A stretch of 64,000 nucleotides of DNA, from the NCBI GenBank assembly GCA_050117845.1, contig JASFLY010000001.1:284845-348844 (forward strand), in the 5' to 3' direction. This stretch comes from Candidatus Zixiibacteriota bacterium (lineage in GTDB: Bacteria; RBG-13-66-14; B26-G2; WVWN01). Position 1 is the stretch's first letter; the number at the start of each line of letters is the position of its first letter. Position numbers and translations under genes: made by a program. Below, one piece after another: positions 26,633 through 36,655 of the stretch. Under the pieces are notes generated by a model, which saw only the letters and a program-made list of their open reading frames with translations, was not told the origin of the DNA and did no database searches.

Positions 26633-28870
26633 TCACCACCCCATCGCGCGGAGGCGGGCGAGGTTGGCCTGGATCTCCCGCGAGTCCGGCGCGATGCGGG
26701 CCGCGCGCTCCAGCTCCATCCGCGCCTCGGTGTACCGGCCCCGATCGATAAGCGCGAGCGCGTACGCGTTGTACAACCGCACGTCGTTGTAGTCGTGGAC
26801 GTTCTCGGCGAGGACCTTGAAGGCGTCCTCCTCCCGTCCTTCCGTCCGATATATCCGCGCCAGCATCAGGACCGTATCCGGGTCGTTGTACCCTATCTCC
26901 AGCACGCGCTCCAGCTTCTCCCGGGCGGCCTCGACGTCCCCCCGGGCCAGGTAGATGCCCGCCAGGAGGCGGTGGGTCTTGGCGTCGTGGGGCTTGAGGG
27001 CCACGGCGCGCAGGGCGTGGACCTCCGCCTCGTCGAGGTCCCCCTCGGCCTGCGCGATCATGGCCAGCAGCGCGTGCGCCATGTATGTATTGTGGTCGGC
27101 GACCCGGGCCTCCAGGGCCGCCTCGGCCGCGGCCCGGCCCGCCTCGTAATCCCCCTGGTCGAAATACCACCGGGCCAGGTTGACGTGCGGCATCGGGAGC
27201 TCGGGCGCGAGTTCGGCGTCTTTTTTATAGTAGTACTCCGCCCGCTCGGCGTCGCCGCGGTACTCGAAGAAGAAGGCCCGGTACTCCCACAGGCTAAGGG
27301 CGATTTCCGCCCCGGACGAAGGCCGCCCCGGCTCGAAATGGCTTCCCGCCAATAACGCCTCCGACGCCGCCAGCGCCGCGGCGTCTCCCGGCCCCACGTC
27401 CTCGGGGCCGGTCTCGCGGCCCGTCAACTCCAGGACGAACCCGGTAGGCCGGCCGGTCCGGCAGAATTCCCGCCGCCCGTGGGTCTGATAAACAAAGAAG
27501 TAATCGGCGAACGCGGGACGCGACCCGGCCTCGTGCCGCAACAGGCCGGCCAGCTTGTCGATGTCGAACCGCTCGTCGTTCAGGTTGTAGAGCTCGACGT
27601 CGGGCCGCCGGCCCAACGTGTACTGCTGGTACCAGTAGAGGAAATTGGACGTCGTCGTCCCCGAGGCGTACATTCCCTCGTAGCCGACCGGCGCCACGAT
27701 AGCCCGGCAATAATAGGATAGGAAGTCGCCGGCGCGCCGCTGTTTGGGCCATTCGGTCGCCAGCGCGAAGACGGCCGCGACGGCCGCCGCCGCCATCGCC
27801 GCCCAGCGCAGCTTCCCGCCCAGGGCCCGGAAAAGCGTCGCCGCCCCCACGGCCCCGCACGCGAAGGTCAGAGCGACGAACGGCAGCTGGTAGCTGACGA
27901 TGTCCGGGATGTCGTAGAAGATGAGGAAGGCCGCGTTCAGCGCGAGTACCGCCAGAAGCGCCCCCGCGACGACGCGGGACCGCCGCCCCACGACCCAGGC
28001 ACCGAGGGGAGCGAGGATGACCAGCGGGCCGCCGCTCCGCCACACCGCCGCGGCGAGGTCCCGGAGGCGCGCGGCGAAGACCGCCTTGGTAGGGGTTAGG
28101 AAATTGTAGGAGAACTGCCGGCCGGTCGCATGGACGTAGACGGAATCCAGGTCGGGCAGGCCGGACCAGCTCCAGGTGAGAGGGGGGCCCGCCGCCGCCC
28201 GCAGCGGGAGGTAGAGAATGAACGAGAGGCCGAGCAGCCAGGCCCCGGCCGCCCACGCCACGGTCCGCAGCGGCGGCCGGAGCCCCCCCCCAAAGCACAT
28301 TAATACCACAAAGACGTATGCAAAGACTGTGAGGTGGACGCCGGCCGCCAGGCCGCCGAAGAACGCTGCCGCTATAAAGAAGCGGCCGTCGCCCGGGTGC
28401 CGCCGCGCCGCGTCCGCCAGCAGCAGTACGCCGAACAACAACGCCGCCGCCGCGCCGTAGACCTCGACCGACGTCGCCTCCAACCAGGCCGCCGGCGTCG
28501 CCGCGAAGAGGAGCCCCAGAAGGACGGCGAAGGGCCCCAGGGCCGGGCGCTTCGCGTCTTCGCCCTCCGCCTGCCGGTACACCCACAGCGCCAGGAACGC
28601 GGGGGCGAGCGCCACGACGAGCGCGTTCGTAAGGTCCGCCACGGCGGCAGCCCACGCCGCGGGCGTTAGCAATAGCGGGAGGCCGAGGATTTGCAGGTAG
28701 ACGGGGTACCCCGTGGGGTGGGCGATGCCCAGCACCGAGGCCGCCGCCACGAAGTCGCCCCAGTCGCTCCCGCCGGGAGCCCTGGCGGCCGAGGCCAGGT
28801 AGAGCGCCGCGGCCAGGACGTAGGTCCCGGCGAACACGACGAAAGCGGGGGTAGGCCGCCGCTTGCTCAC
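26633..28870 (-). CDS. DUF2723/TMEM260-like membrane glycosyltransferase with C-terminal TPR repeats
   Basis: DWGDF..LGIAHPTGYP, SVEVY, YLPLRA; multiple TM helices; TPR tail. Confidence 0.8.
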   Translation of the reverse strand: MSKRRPTPAFVVFAGTYVLAAALYLASAARAPGGSDWGDFVAAASVLGIAHPTGYPVYLQILGLPLLLTPAAWAAAVADLTNALVVALAPAFLALWVYRQAEGEDAKRPALGPFAVLLGLLFAATPAAWLEATSVEVYGAAAALLFGVLLLADAARRHPGDGRFFIAAAFFGGLAAGVHLTVFAYVFVVLMCFGGGLRPPLRTVAWAAGAWLLGLSFILYLPLRAAAGPPLTWSWSGLPDLDSVYVHATGRQFSYNFLTPTKAVFAARLRDLAAAVWRSGGPLVILAPLGAWVVGRRSRVVAGALLAVLALNAAFLIFYDIPDIVSYQLPFVALTFACGAVGAATLFRALGGKLRWAAMAAAAVAAVFALATEWPKQRRAGDFLSYYCRAIVAPVGYEGMYASGTTTSNFLYWYQQYTLGRRPDVELYNLNDERFDIDKLAGLLRHEAGSRPAFADYFFVYQTHGRREFCRTGRPTGFVLELTGRETGPEDVGPGDAAALAASEALLAGSHFEPGRPSSGAEIALSLWEYRAFFFEYRGDAERAEYYYKKDAELAPELPMPHVNLARWYFDQGDYEAGRAAAEAALEARVADHNTYMAHALLAMIAQAEGDLDEAEVHALRAVALKPHDAKTHRLLAGIYLARGDVEAAREKLERVLEIGYNDPDTVLMLARIYRTEGREEDAFKVLAENVHDYNDVRLYNAYALALIDRGRYTEARMELERAARIAPDSREIQANLARLRAMGW

Positions 28871-31428
28871 GGGCCGGCCTCCGGCTCGGCCGAGCCGTAT
28901 TTATCGAGGAGCGCGGCGAAGGCGGGCAACCCGCGGCAGCTTTCGAGGTCGGCGTCCTCCGCGGCCATGGGGACGTAGCGGCCGGCGTCGAGCGCGAGCG
29001 CCGCCTCGAGGTGGACCATCGCTTCGTCGGTCCGGCCTTCCCGGGCGCGAATGCATGCGAGGTTATAGTGCGCCTTGGCGTCGACCGGGTAAAGCGCCAG
29101 GCCGGCCTCGAAGTCCGCGGCCGCGGCCGTCGTCTCGCCCAGCCTCAGGTAACAAACGCCCCGGGCGGTGTACGTCCCGGCGGAGGCCGGATTCAACTCG
29201 ACGGCCCGGCTAAATGCTTCGACGGCGGACCGATAGTCACCGGCGGCTTCGTACGTCAAACCCAACTCCCACCAGAACTCGGCCTCTCCCCCGTACATCT
29301 CCCGCGCCGCCTCGAAAGCCGCGAGCGCTTTGTCCACCTCTCCCTCTTCCCGAAGGATGATACCGGCCACGTAGCCAGCCTCTCCCGCGTCGGCCCCTTC
29401 GAGCGACTCCGCGATTTCCGCCGCCTCGTCGCCCCGGCCGGCCGCGAATAGGGCCCGGGCGAGGCGCGCCTTCAAGTTATTGTTGTCCGGCGCCAGGGCC
29501 AGGGCCTCCCGGTAGTATTCCACCGCCGTCTCCGGTTGCCCCTTGAGCAGGTAAATGGCGCCGAGGTTCTGGTAGCCGTTGAAGTCGTCCGGCACGAGGC
29601 GGACGTAAGATTTGAACAATTCCTCCTGCGGGCCGATGATTCCCCGTCGCGCCAGGTGGCCGCTCAGGCCCGAATAATACACGGCCACGATGCTTTTGAA
29701 AAACGGATCGCGAAGTTCCCCCGGCCCCTCCCGCTCGACGTAAGACGTTACGTCGAGTAAGGCGTTCACGCTGGCCGCGGTGCGGCGCCTCATCTCCTCC
29801 GGCGGCGGCTGTTCCGTCACGACCTCCAATACGATATCGTAGGGCACGATATAGCGGGTCAACTTCGTGGCGGGGTCGCCCAGACCCCAGAACATGGGCC
29901 GTCGGCCGGCGTTGTCCGCGATTATCCCGGCGATAATTTCGGGGAGGATGAAGTCGTCGCTCTTCGAGAAAACGATTCCTTCGCCCGAATAATCGCCCCG
30001 GGCCACCGCCCGCTCGGCGATGGCGTAAATGCTATCCTCCTCGGGCAACGTCACGTCGGGGTAACGCCGGGCGAGCGACGATATATACCCCCGTCCCGAA
30101 AGGCGGATCTGATCGATTACGACGACGTCCGGCCGGTAGCGCCGAACGTAAACGTTGTACCAGGTCGTAAAGGTGTTAGTGTCGCCGCTGGGGAAGAGAA
30201 TAGCCCGGGCGGGAAGGGCGGCCAGCAGGCGCCGGCTGTAGGTCTCGGCGAAGATGAAATTCCGGCGGTGGCCGTACGGCGCGTTAACGGCGAAGGCCCA
30301 CGCGGCCGCGCCGAGGACCAAGGCCGCGACGACCGCCGTCCCGACGGCACGCCATGCCCCGGCCTTGCGGACGGAATACGAGGCCGCGGCGCCCCCGCCG
30401 ACCGCCGCCAGAAGCGCCGCGGCGAAATGGGCGGGGATAAAATAGTAATATATATCCGGGATGGAATAGACCGCACAATACGCGAGGTGGCCGACGAAGT
30501 AGAGGACGACGGCCGCGGCGACCAGCCGCATGCGCTTCGCCCATAACGCCGCCACCCCCGCGGCGGCCAGGACGACCGCCGGCGTCACGTTCGCGAGCGC
30601 CGACTCGCCGTAAACGCCCAGCGCCGCCCGGGCGCCGGCGATCCCCTCGTTCCAGAAGTTGCCCCGATACTGAAAACCCGTGAGGTGCGCGAACGCAGAA
30701 TCCAACGTGGACGGGTCGTTCCAGTTGAAGATGGGTTTCCCCGCGGCCCGGATGGGCGTATAGAGGTTAACGCTGATCCCGAGGAGGAAAAGGACCGCCG
30801 CGAACGGCAACGCCCGGGCCAGAGGCCGCGCCTTCTCCCGCCCCGGCCAGGCCGCGAGCGCCGCCACGGGGAAGACCAGGACGGCCGTCATATGGTTCGC
30901 GAGCGCGAGGCCGCCCGCCAGTACCAAAAAGTACAGGTCCCGGGCGCCGCCCGTCCGCCGGAGGCGCAGGGCCAGCCATATAAGAACCGCCCAGAACGCC
31001 GCGTTAAGCGCGTAGACCTCGGCCAGCGTCGAGACCGACCACAACGTCCTGCCCGCCAGCGCCAGGACGCCCGCCGCCGCCACCACGGCCGCCCGTGCCG
31101 CCGGCCGCAGTTCCGACTGCCGCGCCAACTCGCCGGCCGCGAGCGCCAGAAAAGCCGCCGCCGCCGCCCCGGCCGCCGCCGAAACCAGGTTGACTAAAAT
31201 CGCTTTGTCGCCCAGGGGGAAGAACGTGAAGAGTTGGCCCAGGAGGGAGTACAACGGATATCCGGTCGGGTGCGCCACCCCCAGCGTACTCGCCGCGCCG
31301 AGGAACTCGCCCGAGTCGAGGATGGATAGGCCCGGCGATGCCCCGGCCGCGTACAGCGCGAAACCCCCGAAGAAAATGGCCCATGGAAGGGCCGAGGGGA
31401 GGAACGTCCAGGTGTTTTTTTCCGGCAT
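28867..31428 (-). CDS. DUF2723/TMEM260-like membrane glycosyltransferase with C-terminal TPR repeats
   Basis: DSGEF..LGVAHPTGYPLY, AEVYALN, ANH, NWNDP, GDTNTF; TPRs ending HYNLAC; start MPEKNT (31428). Confidence 0.82.
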   Translation of the reverse strand: MPEKNTWTFLPSALPWAIFFGGFALYAAGASPGLSILDSGEFLGAASTLGVAHPTGYPLYSLLGQLFTFFPLGDKAILVNLVSAAAGAAAAAFLALAAGELARQSELRPAARAAVVAAAGVLALAGRTLWSVSTLAEVYALNAAFWAVLIWLALRLRRTGGARDLYFLVLAGGLALANHMTAVLVFPVAALAAWPGREKARPLARALPFAAVLFLLGISVNLYTPIRAAGKPIFNWNDPSTLDSAFAHLTGFQYRGNFWNEGIAGARAALGVYGESALANVTPAVVLAAAGVAALWAKRMRLVAAAVVLYFVGHLAYCAVYSIPDIYYYFIPAHFAAALLAAVGGGAAASYSVRKAGAWRAVGTAVVAALVLGAAAWAFAVNAPYGHRRNFIFAETYSRRLLAALPARAILFPSGDTNTFTTWYNVYVRRYRPDVVVIDQIRLSGRGYISSLARRYPDVTLPEEDSIYAIAERAVARGDYSGEGIVFSKSDDFILPEIIAGIIADNAGRRPMFWGLGDPATKLTRYIVPYDIVLEVVTEQPPPEEMRRRTAASVNALLDVTSYVEREGPGELRDPFFKSIVAVYYSGLSGHLARRGIIGPQEELFKSYVRLVPDDFNGYQNLGAIYLLKGQPETAVEYYREALALAPDNNNLKARLARALFAAGRGDEAAEIAESLEGADAGEAGYVAGIILREEGEVDKALAAFEAAREMYGGEAEFWWELGLTYEAAGDYRSAVEAFSRAVELNPASAGTYTARGVCYLRLGETTAAAADFEAGLALYPVDAKAHYNLACIRAREGRTDEAMVHLEAALALDAGRYVPMAAEDADLESCRGLPAFAALLDKYGSAEPEAGP

Positions 31429-31430
31429 CC

Positions 31431-33554
31431 CTATTGCGCCCGGGAATAGAAGTCGTACCGGACCGGTTTGTTGTACGAGAGGTCGTCGCCGAGCGTTTCC
31501 AGGCTTATCCGTAGCGTACCGTCGGCGACGTGCCGGCGCGAGATGGCGAAGAAGCCGTCCACGTACGCGTCGGCCGAGACCGGCGCCACTTCCCAAGTGC
31601 CGGCGCTGGCGCCGTTGACGTGGACTTCCGCGCGGTACGGCGGGTCGCAACGCACCACGGCGACGACGTCGCGGCCTGCCGGGACGTTTACGGTGAACTC
31701 CTCGACGCCGCAGACGGTGCGGCCGGCCTCGAAGACCTTCTCGTCACGGCCCCATAGCGGCTTCAGTTCACAGAAGGCCGAAAGGGTGTTCGCGGCCCGC
31801 CGCCGGAGGCGATACCCGTGGGCCTCCTCCGACGCGAAGTTGGCCACGTCCACGCCGCCCTCCCGGACGAATCCCTCCAACTGGGCCGCGCCGGGGGGCG
31901 GCGGGGTTTCGAACACTTCCGGGACGAAGCGGGCCACGGACATTACCTGGCCGCCGGCCATAGTGGTCGCGAAGAGCCGGCCCGTGTACTCCGGCGGCTC
32001 CACCGCACGCGATTCGTCGAACGCGTATACGTCGAAATAACCGACGAAATAGTCGCCCACCCGGCCCCGCTCCCGGACGAACTCGGCGCTGCCGCCCAGG
32101 CCCAGGTTGCCGTAGCTCCAGCCGTCCCGCGTTACCAGACCCTCCAGGTCGACGACGCGGTGCTCGCCGTAATAGGCCAGCGCGCCCACGTCGTGGGTGA
32201 AGATGCTGGCCCTCGGCGGAACGTTCTCCCGGATGTGCGACGCGACGGCGATATGCTGGAAGCGAATGTCGCGGCCGGACATGCCGAAGGCCACGCAGAA
32301 ATACGCGGAGGACAACAGGCCGAAGACGAGGAAGTACGACGCGCCGGTCCAGAACATCGCGTCGTGGCTGATGGAGGGACGGCCGTAGCGGATAAGCTGG
32401 GCCAGGCCGTCGATCCCGCCCATTATGCCGATCACGAAGAACGGGAAGTAGGGCGCGATGTAGCGGGCGAAGTGCCGGGGAAAAGGCAGCGCGATGCAGG
32501 CCGCGGCCACGCCCGCCAGGAAAACGACGCCCGCCGCGAAGCCGGCCGACGGCATGCGGTTCTGCCACGACTTGCGGGCCGCCCGGCCCCAACCCACCAA
32601 AAAGAACGCGAGCGCCAACGGCGCGAAGAAGTTCGCGCCGGCGTACGGCGTGTTGGCGTTCAGGAAGGCCCGGAGGTAAAGGCCGTCGAGGCCGGAGAGG
32701 ATGCTCTTGACGACGTATATCGTGAAGCCCAGAATGGCGGCTACGCGCATGGCCCACGGCTGGCCGCCGTGGTTCAATATCGACTTCGAGAGGAAGCTCG
32801 CCGAACCCAGGTGCCCGCCGACGAGGTAGTTCACCAGGAAATAAAGCGGCACCGGCGCGAGGCCCAACAGGACGAGCCACCGGCGCCGGGGAAGCGGCGG
32901 CGGGGCCTTGCCGGAATTATTATTGGAGTTGTTCGGCTCCCGGCCTATGAGGGATATGACCGCCAGGATAGCGGCGGCGCCGATGCCCTCCGGCCGGGCC
33001 AGCGTCAGCACCGCCAACGCGACGATGAACATCGCCAGGCGGCCGTACTCGCGGTAATGGATATAGGCGAAGAGGGCGAAGAGGAGCGCGCCCATATAGA
33101 GGCCGGCGTCCATGCCCCCCAGCGCGTGGAAGGTTATGGGCCCCGTGGTCGCGAAGATACAGGTGGAGGGGAAGACGTATCGCCCCTCGAAGAGGTGCCG
33201 GGCGATGCGGGCGAAGAGCCAGATGCTGAACCCGTAGAGGACGACGTTGAGGCTGAAGGCCGCCCACACCAGCGAATCGGCCCCCCGGAATATGAGGGCC
33301 AGCGGCGTGAGTAGCAACAGGTATAAATAGGAGGTTACGCCGGTGGTGGCCGCGTCGCCGACGTTGTAGACCAACGGATGGCCGGCGGCGAAGTTGCGCG
33401 CGTAGTGAAGGAAGATGTAAGCGTCGTCGAGCGGCAGCGTCAGCTTGCCGTCGGTGAAGTAGAGGTTGATATATATGTAGATGGCGCCGCTGGCGAGGGC
33501 CAGGGCGGCGGAGAGGGGAATTAAAAAAACGTCGTAACGCCGACGCCATTCCAT
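31431..33554 (-). CDS. Multi-pass GT-C-like glycosyltransferase
   Basis: PLDDAYIF.HYARN.A.G, G.TS, ARPEG, DVGALAYY, DLEGLV. Confidence 0.7.
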   Translation of the reverse strand: MEWRRRYDVFLIPLSAALALASGAIYIYINLYFTDGKLTLPLDDAYIFLHYARNFAAGHPLVYNVGDAATTGVTSYLYLLLLTPLALIFRGADSLVWAAFSLNVVLYGFSIWLFARIARHLFEGRYVFPSTCIFATTGPITFHALGGMDAGLYMGALLFALFAYIHYREYGRLAMFIVALAVLTLARPEGIGAAAILAVISLIGREPNNSNNNSGKAPPPLPRRRWLVLLGLAPVPLYFLVNYLVGGHLGSASFLSKSILNHGGQPWAMRVAAILGFTIYVVKSILSGLDGLYLRAFLNANTPYAGANFFAPLALAFFLVGWGRAARKSWQNRMPSAGFAAGVVFLAGVAAACIALPFPRHFARYIAPYFPFFVIGIMGGIDGLAQLIRYGRPSISHDAMFWTGASYFLVFGLLSSAYFCVAFGMSGRDIRFQHIAVASHIRENVPPRASIFTHDVGALAYYGEHRVVDLEGLVTRDGWSYGNLGLGGSAEFVRERGRVGDYFVGYFDVYAFDESRAVEPPEYTGRLFATTMAGGQVMSVARFVPEVFETPPPPGAAQLEGFVREGGVDVANFASEEAHGYRLRRRAANTLSAFCELKPLWGRDEKVFEAGRTVCGVEEFTVNVPAGRDVVAVVRCDPPYRAEVHVNGASAGTWEVAPVSADAYVDGFFAISRRHVADGTLRISLETLGDDLSYNKPVRYDFYSRAQ

Positions 33555-33563
33555 AACGGCGGC

Positions 33564-33592
33564 ATTCTAGCACGGCGGCCGGAGGGTGTCAA
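33564..33592 (-). promoter_or_regulatory. Sigma70 promoter, near-leaderless transcript
   Basis: TTGACA-17 nt-TAGAAT; ATG about 10 nt beyond the -10 box; no RBS. Confidence 0.65.
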
Positions 33593-33629
33593 CGTCTTAG
33601 GCGGGCCGGCCGGGGCGGAAGCGGGAACG

Positions 33630-34155
33630 TAGCCGGCGGCCGTAAAGGCCGCCGTTTCGAGACATAATGAGCGTTGCGCCCCTACCGTGTACGCCCCTAC
33701 CGTTCGGCGCTTACGTTCCGAACGTCGGACGGTAACATCCAACGCCATAGCGGGTAGGACCACCGGCATTCCCGTGTCGGTGATTATTTAACCGCTCCGG
33801 CCGCCGCTACCCGGCGGCCTCCGCGGCCTCCGGGCGCCTCCTCGCAGGCTGCGGGGTCGCCCTCCGGTAACTGATTAAACGTAGGGGCAGGCCTTCGGTT
33901 TAGCGAGGGCGACATTCCCGGGGGCGGATTGGGGGAATTGGGGGGGGTGGGGCCGACATTCCTGTCGGCCGGAAATTCCCTTTACGTAAGGGCCGACCTT
34001 CAATAGACAGGGGGCTTAAGCCCCCTGTCCGACCCGTCCGACGCCGCCTCATCGTGGATTACTTCTATAATCCGCTACCTTCAAGTGTTAGCAGGCGTGC
34101 CACCGGCATTCCTGCCGGTGAACTTAAAAACAAAAACCGCCCTCGCGGGCGGCGC
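33630..34155. repeat. Mosaic of REP-like palindromes
   Basis: CGGCGGCCGTAAAGGCCGCCG, CGTCGGACGGTAACATCCAACG, CACCGGCATTCCTGCCGGTG, GACAGGGGGCTTAAGCCCCCTGTC; all recur elsewhere in the window. Confidence 0.8.
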
Positions 34156-34176
34156 GATAATCCCTGCGTTTCGCTA

Positions 34177-34890
34177 TTAACGATAAAGGCTTTTTATCTT
34201 CCCCATCGACGCCGGGTCCACGCCGACGACGCCGATGTCTATCTGGTACGCCCGCGGGTATACGTGGATCCAAAGATAATTGCCGTCGAATGTCGTTCCG
34301 GTAGGATAACCGACTCCGGGCACCGGGAAACTCTGGATAAAGGACCCGTTCGTCGTAATCTGTTTATTCCCCGACCATAAGTAATGGCCGTCCCACGCCA
34401 TATCACGGACCCCGCCGAAAATAAAGAAAGTCGATATAATCGAACCGGTAGTCGTGTACTTGGTGTTATTACACCAGATGCCGTCATTCTCCCACGCAAG
34501 GCCAGCGATATTGAAGGTATACGCCTCGAAACCGCCCACGGCCGAGCCGGTAGTCGTAACGCGATTAACGGAAGCGCGGTCGTAACCCGGTACGTGGTAC
34601 GAATACCAGAGATACATACCGTCCCAGGCCGCGCCCTCGGCGTAATTGTAAGTAGGCCCAATTCCGAATAACGATACGACCGACCCTTCCGTCGTCAAAC
34701 TAACAAAAGCGTCGGTCGGCGACCCGCAGCTCCATAGGTAATCGCCGTCCCACGCCAATCCCTCACAACAATTAGTTTCGGGAGGCATCTCGAACGACGA
34801 GATAACGTCGCCGAAGGCGCCCCAGGATAAAACGGCGCCCACGGTTCCCAGCAATAGGAACGCGGCGCCGACGAGGTCGCAGATTTTCAT
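34177..34890 (-). CDS. Secreted beta-propeller-like protein (GLAWDG.YLW repeats) with conserved C-terminal tail
   Basis: Signal peptide; repeated (G)xAWDGxYLW; ends VDPASMGKIKSLYR. Confidence 0.8.
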   Translation of the reverse strand: MKICDLVGAAFLLLGTVGAVLSWGAFGDVISSFEMPPETNCCEGLAWDGDYLWSCGSPTDAFVSLTTEGSVVSLFGIGPTYNYAEGAAWDGMYLWYSYHVPGYDRASVNRVTTTGSAVGGFEAYTFNIAGLAWENDGIWCNNTKYTTTGSIISTFFIFGGVRDMAWDGHYLWSGNKQITTNGSFIQSFPVPGVGYPTGTTFDGNYLWIHVYPRAYQIDIGVVGVDPASMGKIKSLYR

Positions 34891-34937
34891 TTATCCTCCC
34901 TGATATTAATTATCCTCTTTATTACCCTGCCGCGCAT

Positions 34938-34966
34938 AGTTTAGCCAATAAAATGTTGTTTGTCAA
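34938..34966 (-). promoter_or_regulatory. Sigma70 promoter
   Basis: TTGACA-17 nt-TAAACT. Confidence 0.65.
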
Positions 34967-34989
34967 TAAAGAAGATTAATACCTTGTTT

Positions 34990-35320
34990 TTGGCCGGCAA
35001 GAATGCCGGCCCCACCGGCCATACGCCCCCATGAACGCCGATTCGGCCGCGGGGCGGGGTCGTAGGGGCCGGTCTTCAGACCGGCCCACCTTACGTTTCT
35101 ATTCATATGTCGGTCTCGGAGGCACGGCCTAAAGACCGCGCCCTACGTTAAAATAATTCGCGGAGGGCGACCCCGCAGTTTACGAGGAGGCGCCCGGAGG
35201 CCGCGACGGCCGGCGCGCAGCGTCGGCCAAAGCGGCAACATAACCACCGGCATTCCCGCGCCACCGGCATTCTTGTCGGTGAACATCAAAAAGAAAAAAC
35301 CGCCCTCGCGGGCGGCGCCG
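34990..35320. repeat. Mosaic of REP-like palindromes
   Basis: GCCGGCAAGAATGCCGGC, GTAGGGGCCGGTCTTCAGACCGGCCC, CACCGGCATTCTTGTCGGTG. Confidence 0.75.
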
Positions 35321-35489
35321 TCTATACCCTTCGATTCTCCCCTCTGTCAAACTCGAAAACCGTTCGTAATTATATAATATCGCGCCCGTCTTCCCGCGCT
35401 TCCGCGTCGCCTCCGGGCAATCACCCGTTACTCACGGCGTCGGGGAAGAGGAAAACGAATCCGGGACTTCGACGAACCGGCCTATGGTC

Positions 35490-35675
35490 CTAATTCGCGG
35501 AAAACGTTAAGCTGATAAGATGCTCTTTCTCTTCGTCATACTCGTAATCCGTTACTTCCCAGGGCCGGGCCAAGAGATGACACCACTGCTCGAAAGCGTC
35601 TTGATCCTCTTCGTTCTCCGGGACCATCCTAAATCCCTTTTCGCCGTGTTTATCCGTAATTACTTCCAACTTCAT
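35490..35675 (-). CDS. Small acidic hypothetical protein
   Basis: RBS AGGTGG before ATG 35675; protein-like composition. Confidence 0.55.
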   Translation of the reverse strand: MKLEVITDKHGEKGFRMVPENEEDQDAFEQWCHLLARPWEVTDYEYDEEKEHLISLTFSAN

Positions 35676-35788
35676 CTCGACCACCTTTCCTACTCAATCG
35701 TCCCCCACGGATTACCGCAACCACTCGTTGCCGAACGCTACCGCGGCCCGACTACGATATCGAGCCGGGTATCCCAATTTCCTCCCCC

Positions 35789-36655
35789 TTACAATAAAGT
35801 GTTTATCTTCTCCCAAACCTCCCGGATCGCCGGCGCGGCGCCGCCGCTCCCGGCGCCGTCGTACTCGACGACGGCCCGGCGCTCGCGCTGGGCCGCGGTC
35901 ACGGCCCGGTCGTACGGGATCCTCCCCACCAGCGGCATGTCCCGCTCCGCCGCCTCGCGCTCGATGAGGGCCGTGTTCTCCGGACTGAGGTCGTACTTGT
36001 TGACGGCCGCCCAGGCCGGGACGCCGAAGTGCCGCGCCAGGTCCGCCGCCCGGGAAAATCCCTGCAGGCCCGTGGGCGTCGGCTCCGCCACGATCAGCGC
36101 CGCCGAGGCGCCGCTGAGCGCCGAGATGACCGGGCACCCCACGCCCGGCGGCCCGTCCACCAGGACCAGCGGCATCTTGTCCCTGTGCGCCAGCGTCTGG
36201 CCGGCCTTCCGCACCACCGCGACCAGCTTCCCGGAGTTCTCCTCGCCCGGCGACAGCAGCGCGTGGGCCATGGGGCCGACGCGCGTGTCGGACAGGTACC
36301 ACTCGCCGGCGGCCTTCTCCCGCATGTCCACCGCCCCCACGGGGCAAAGGTCCACGCAGACGCCGCAACCCTCGCACGCCGCCATGTCGACGTCGTAATC
36401 CCGGTTGATGGCGTCGAAACGGCAAAGCTCGATGCAGCGGCCGCATTCCGTGCAGTCATCGTGGCGTATACTGACGTCGAAGCCGGCGCGGAACTCGCGT
36501 TTCGACTTCACTTCCGGCCCCAGGAGGATGTGAAGGTCGGGCGCGTCGACGTCCGCGTCCGCGACCACCACCGGCGCCGCAAGTACCGCCAGCGAGGCCG
36601 TGAGGCTCGTCTTGCCGGTGCCGCCCTTTCCGCTCAGTATGACGAGCTCCTTCAT
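35789..36655 (-). CDS. MinD-superfamily P-loop ATPase with 4Fe-4S insert (Orp3/Orp4-like)
   Basis: SGKGGTGKT, DADVDAPD, CTECGRCIELC, CEGCGVCVDLCP, ENSGKLV, DGPPGVGCP. Confidence 0.88.
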   Translation of the reverse strand: MKELVILSGKGGTGKTSLTASLAVLAAPVVVADADVDAPDLHILLGPEVKSKREFRAGFDVSIRHDDCTECGRCIELCRFDAINRDYDVDMAACEGCGVCVDLCPVGAVDMREKAAGEWYLSDTRVGPMAHALLSPGEENSGKLVAVVRKAGQTLAHRDKMPLVLVDGPPGVGCPVISALSGASAALIVAEPTPTGLQGFSRAADLARHFGVPAWAAVNKYDLSPENTALIEREAAERDMPLVGRIPYDRAVTAAQRERRAVVEYDGAGSGGAAPAIREVWEKINTLL

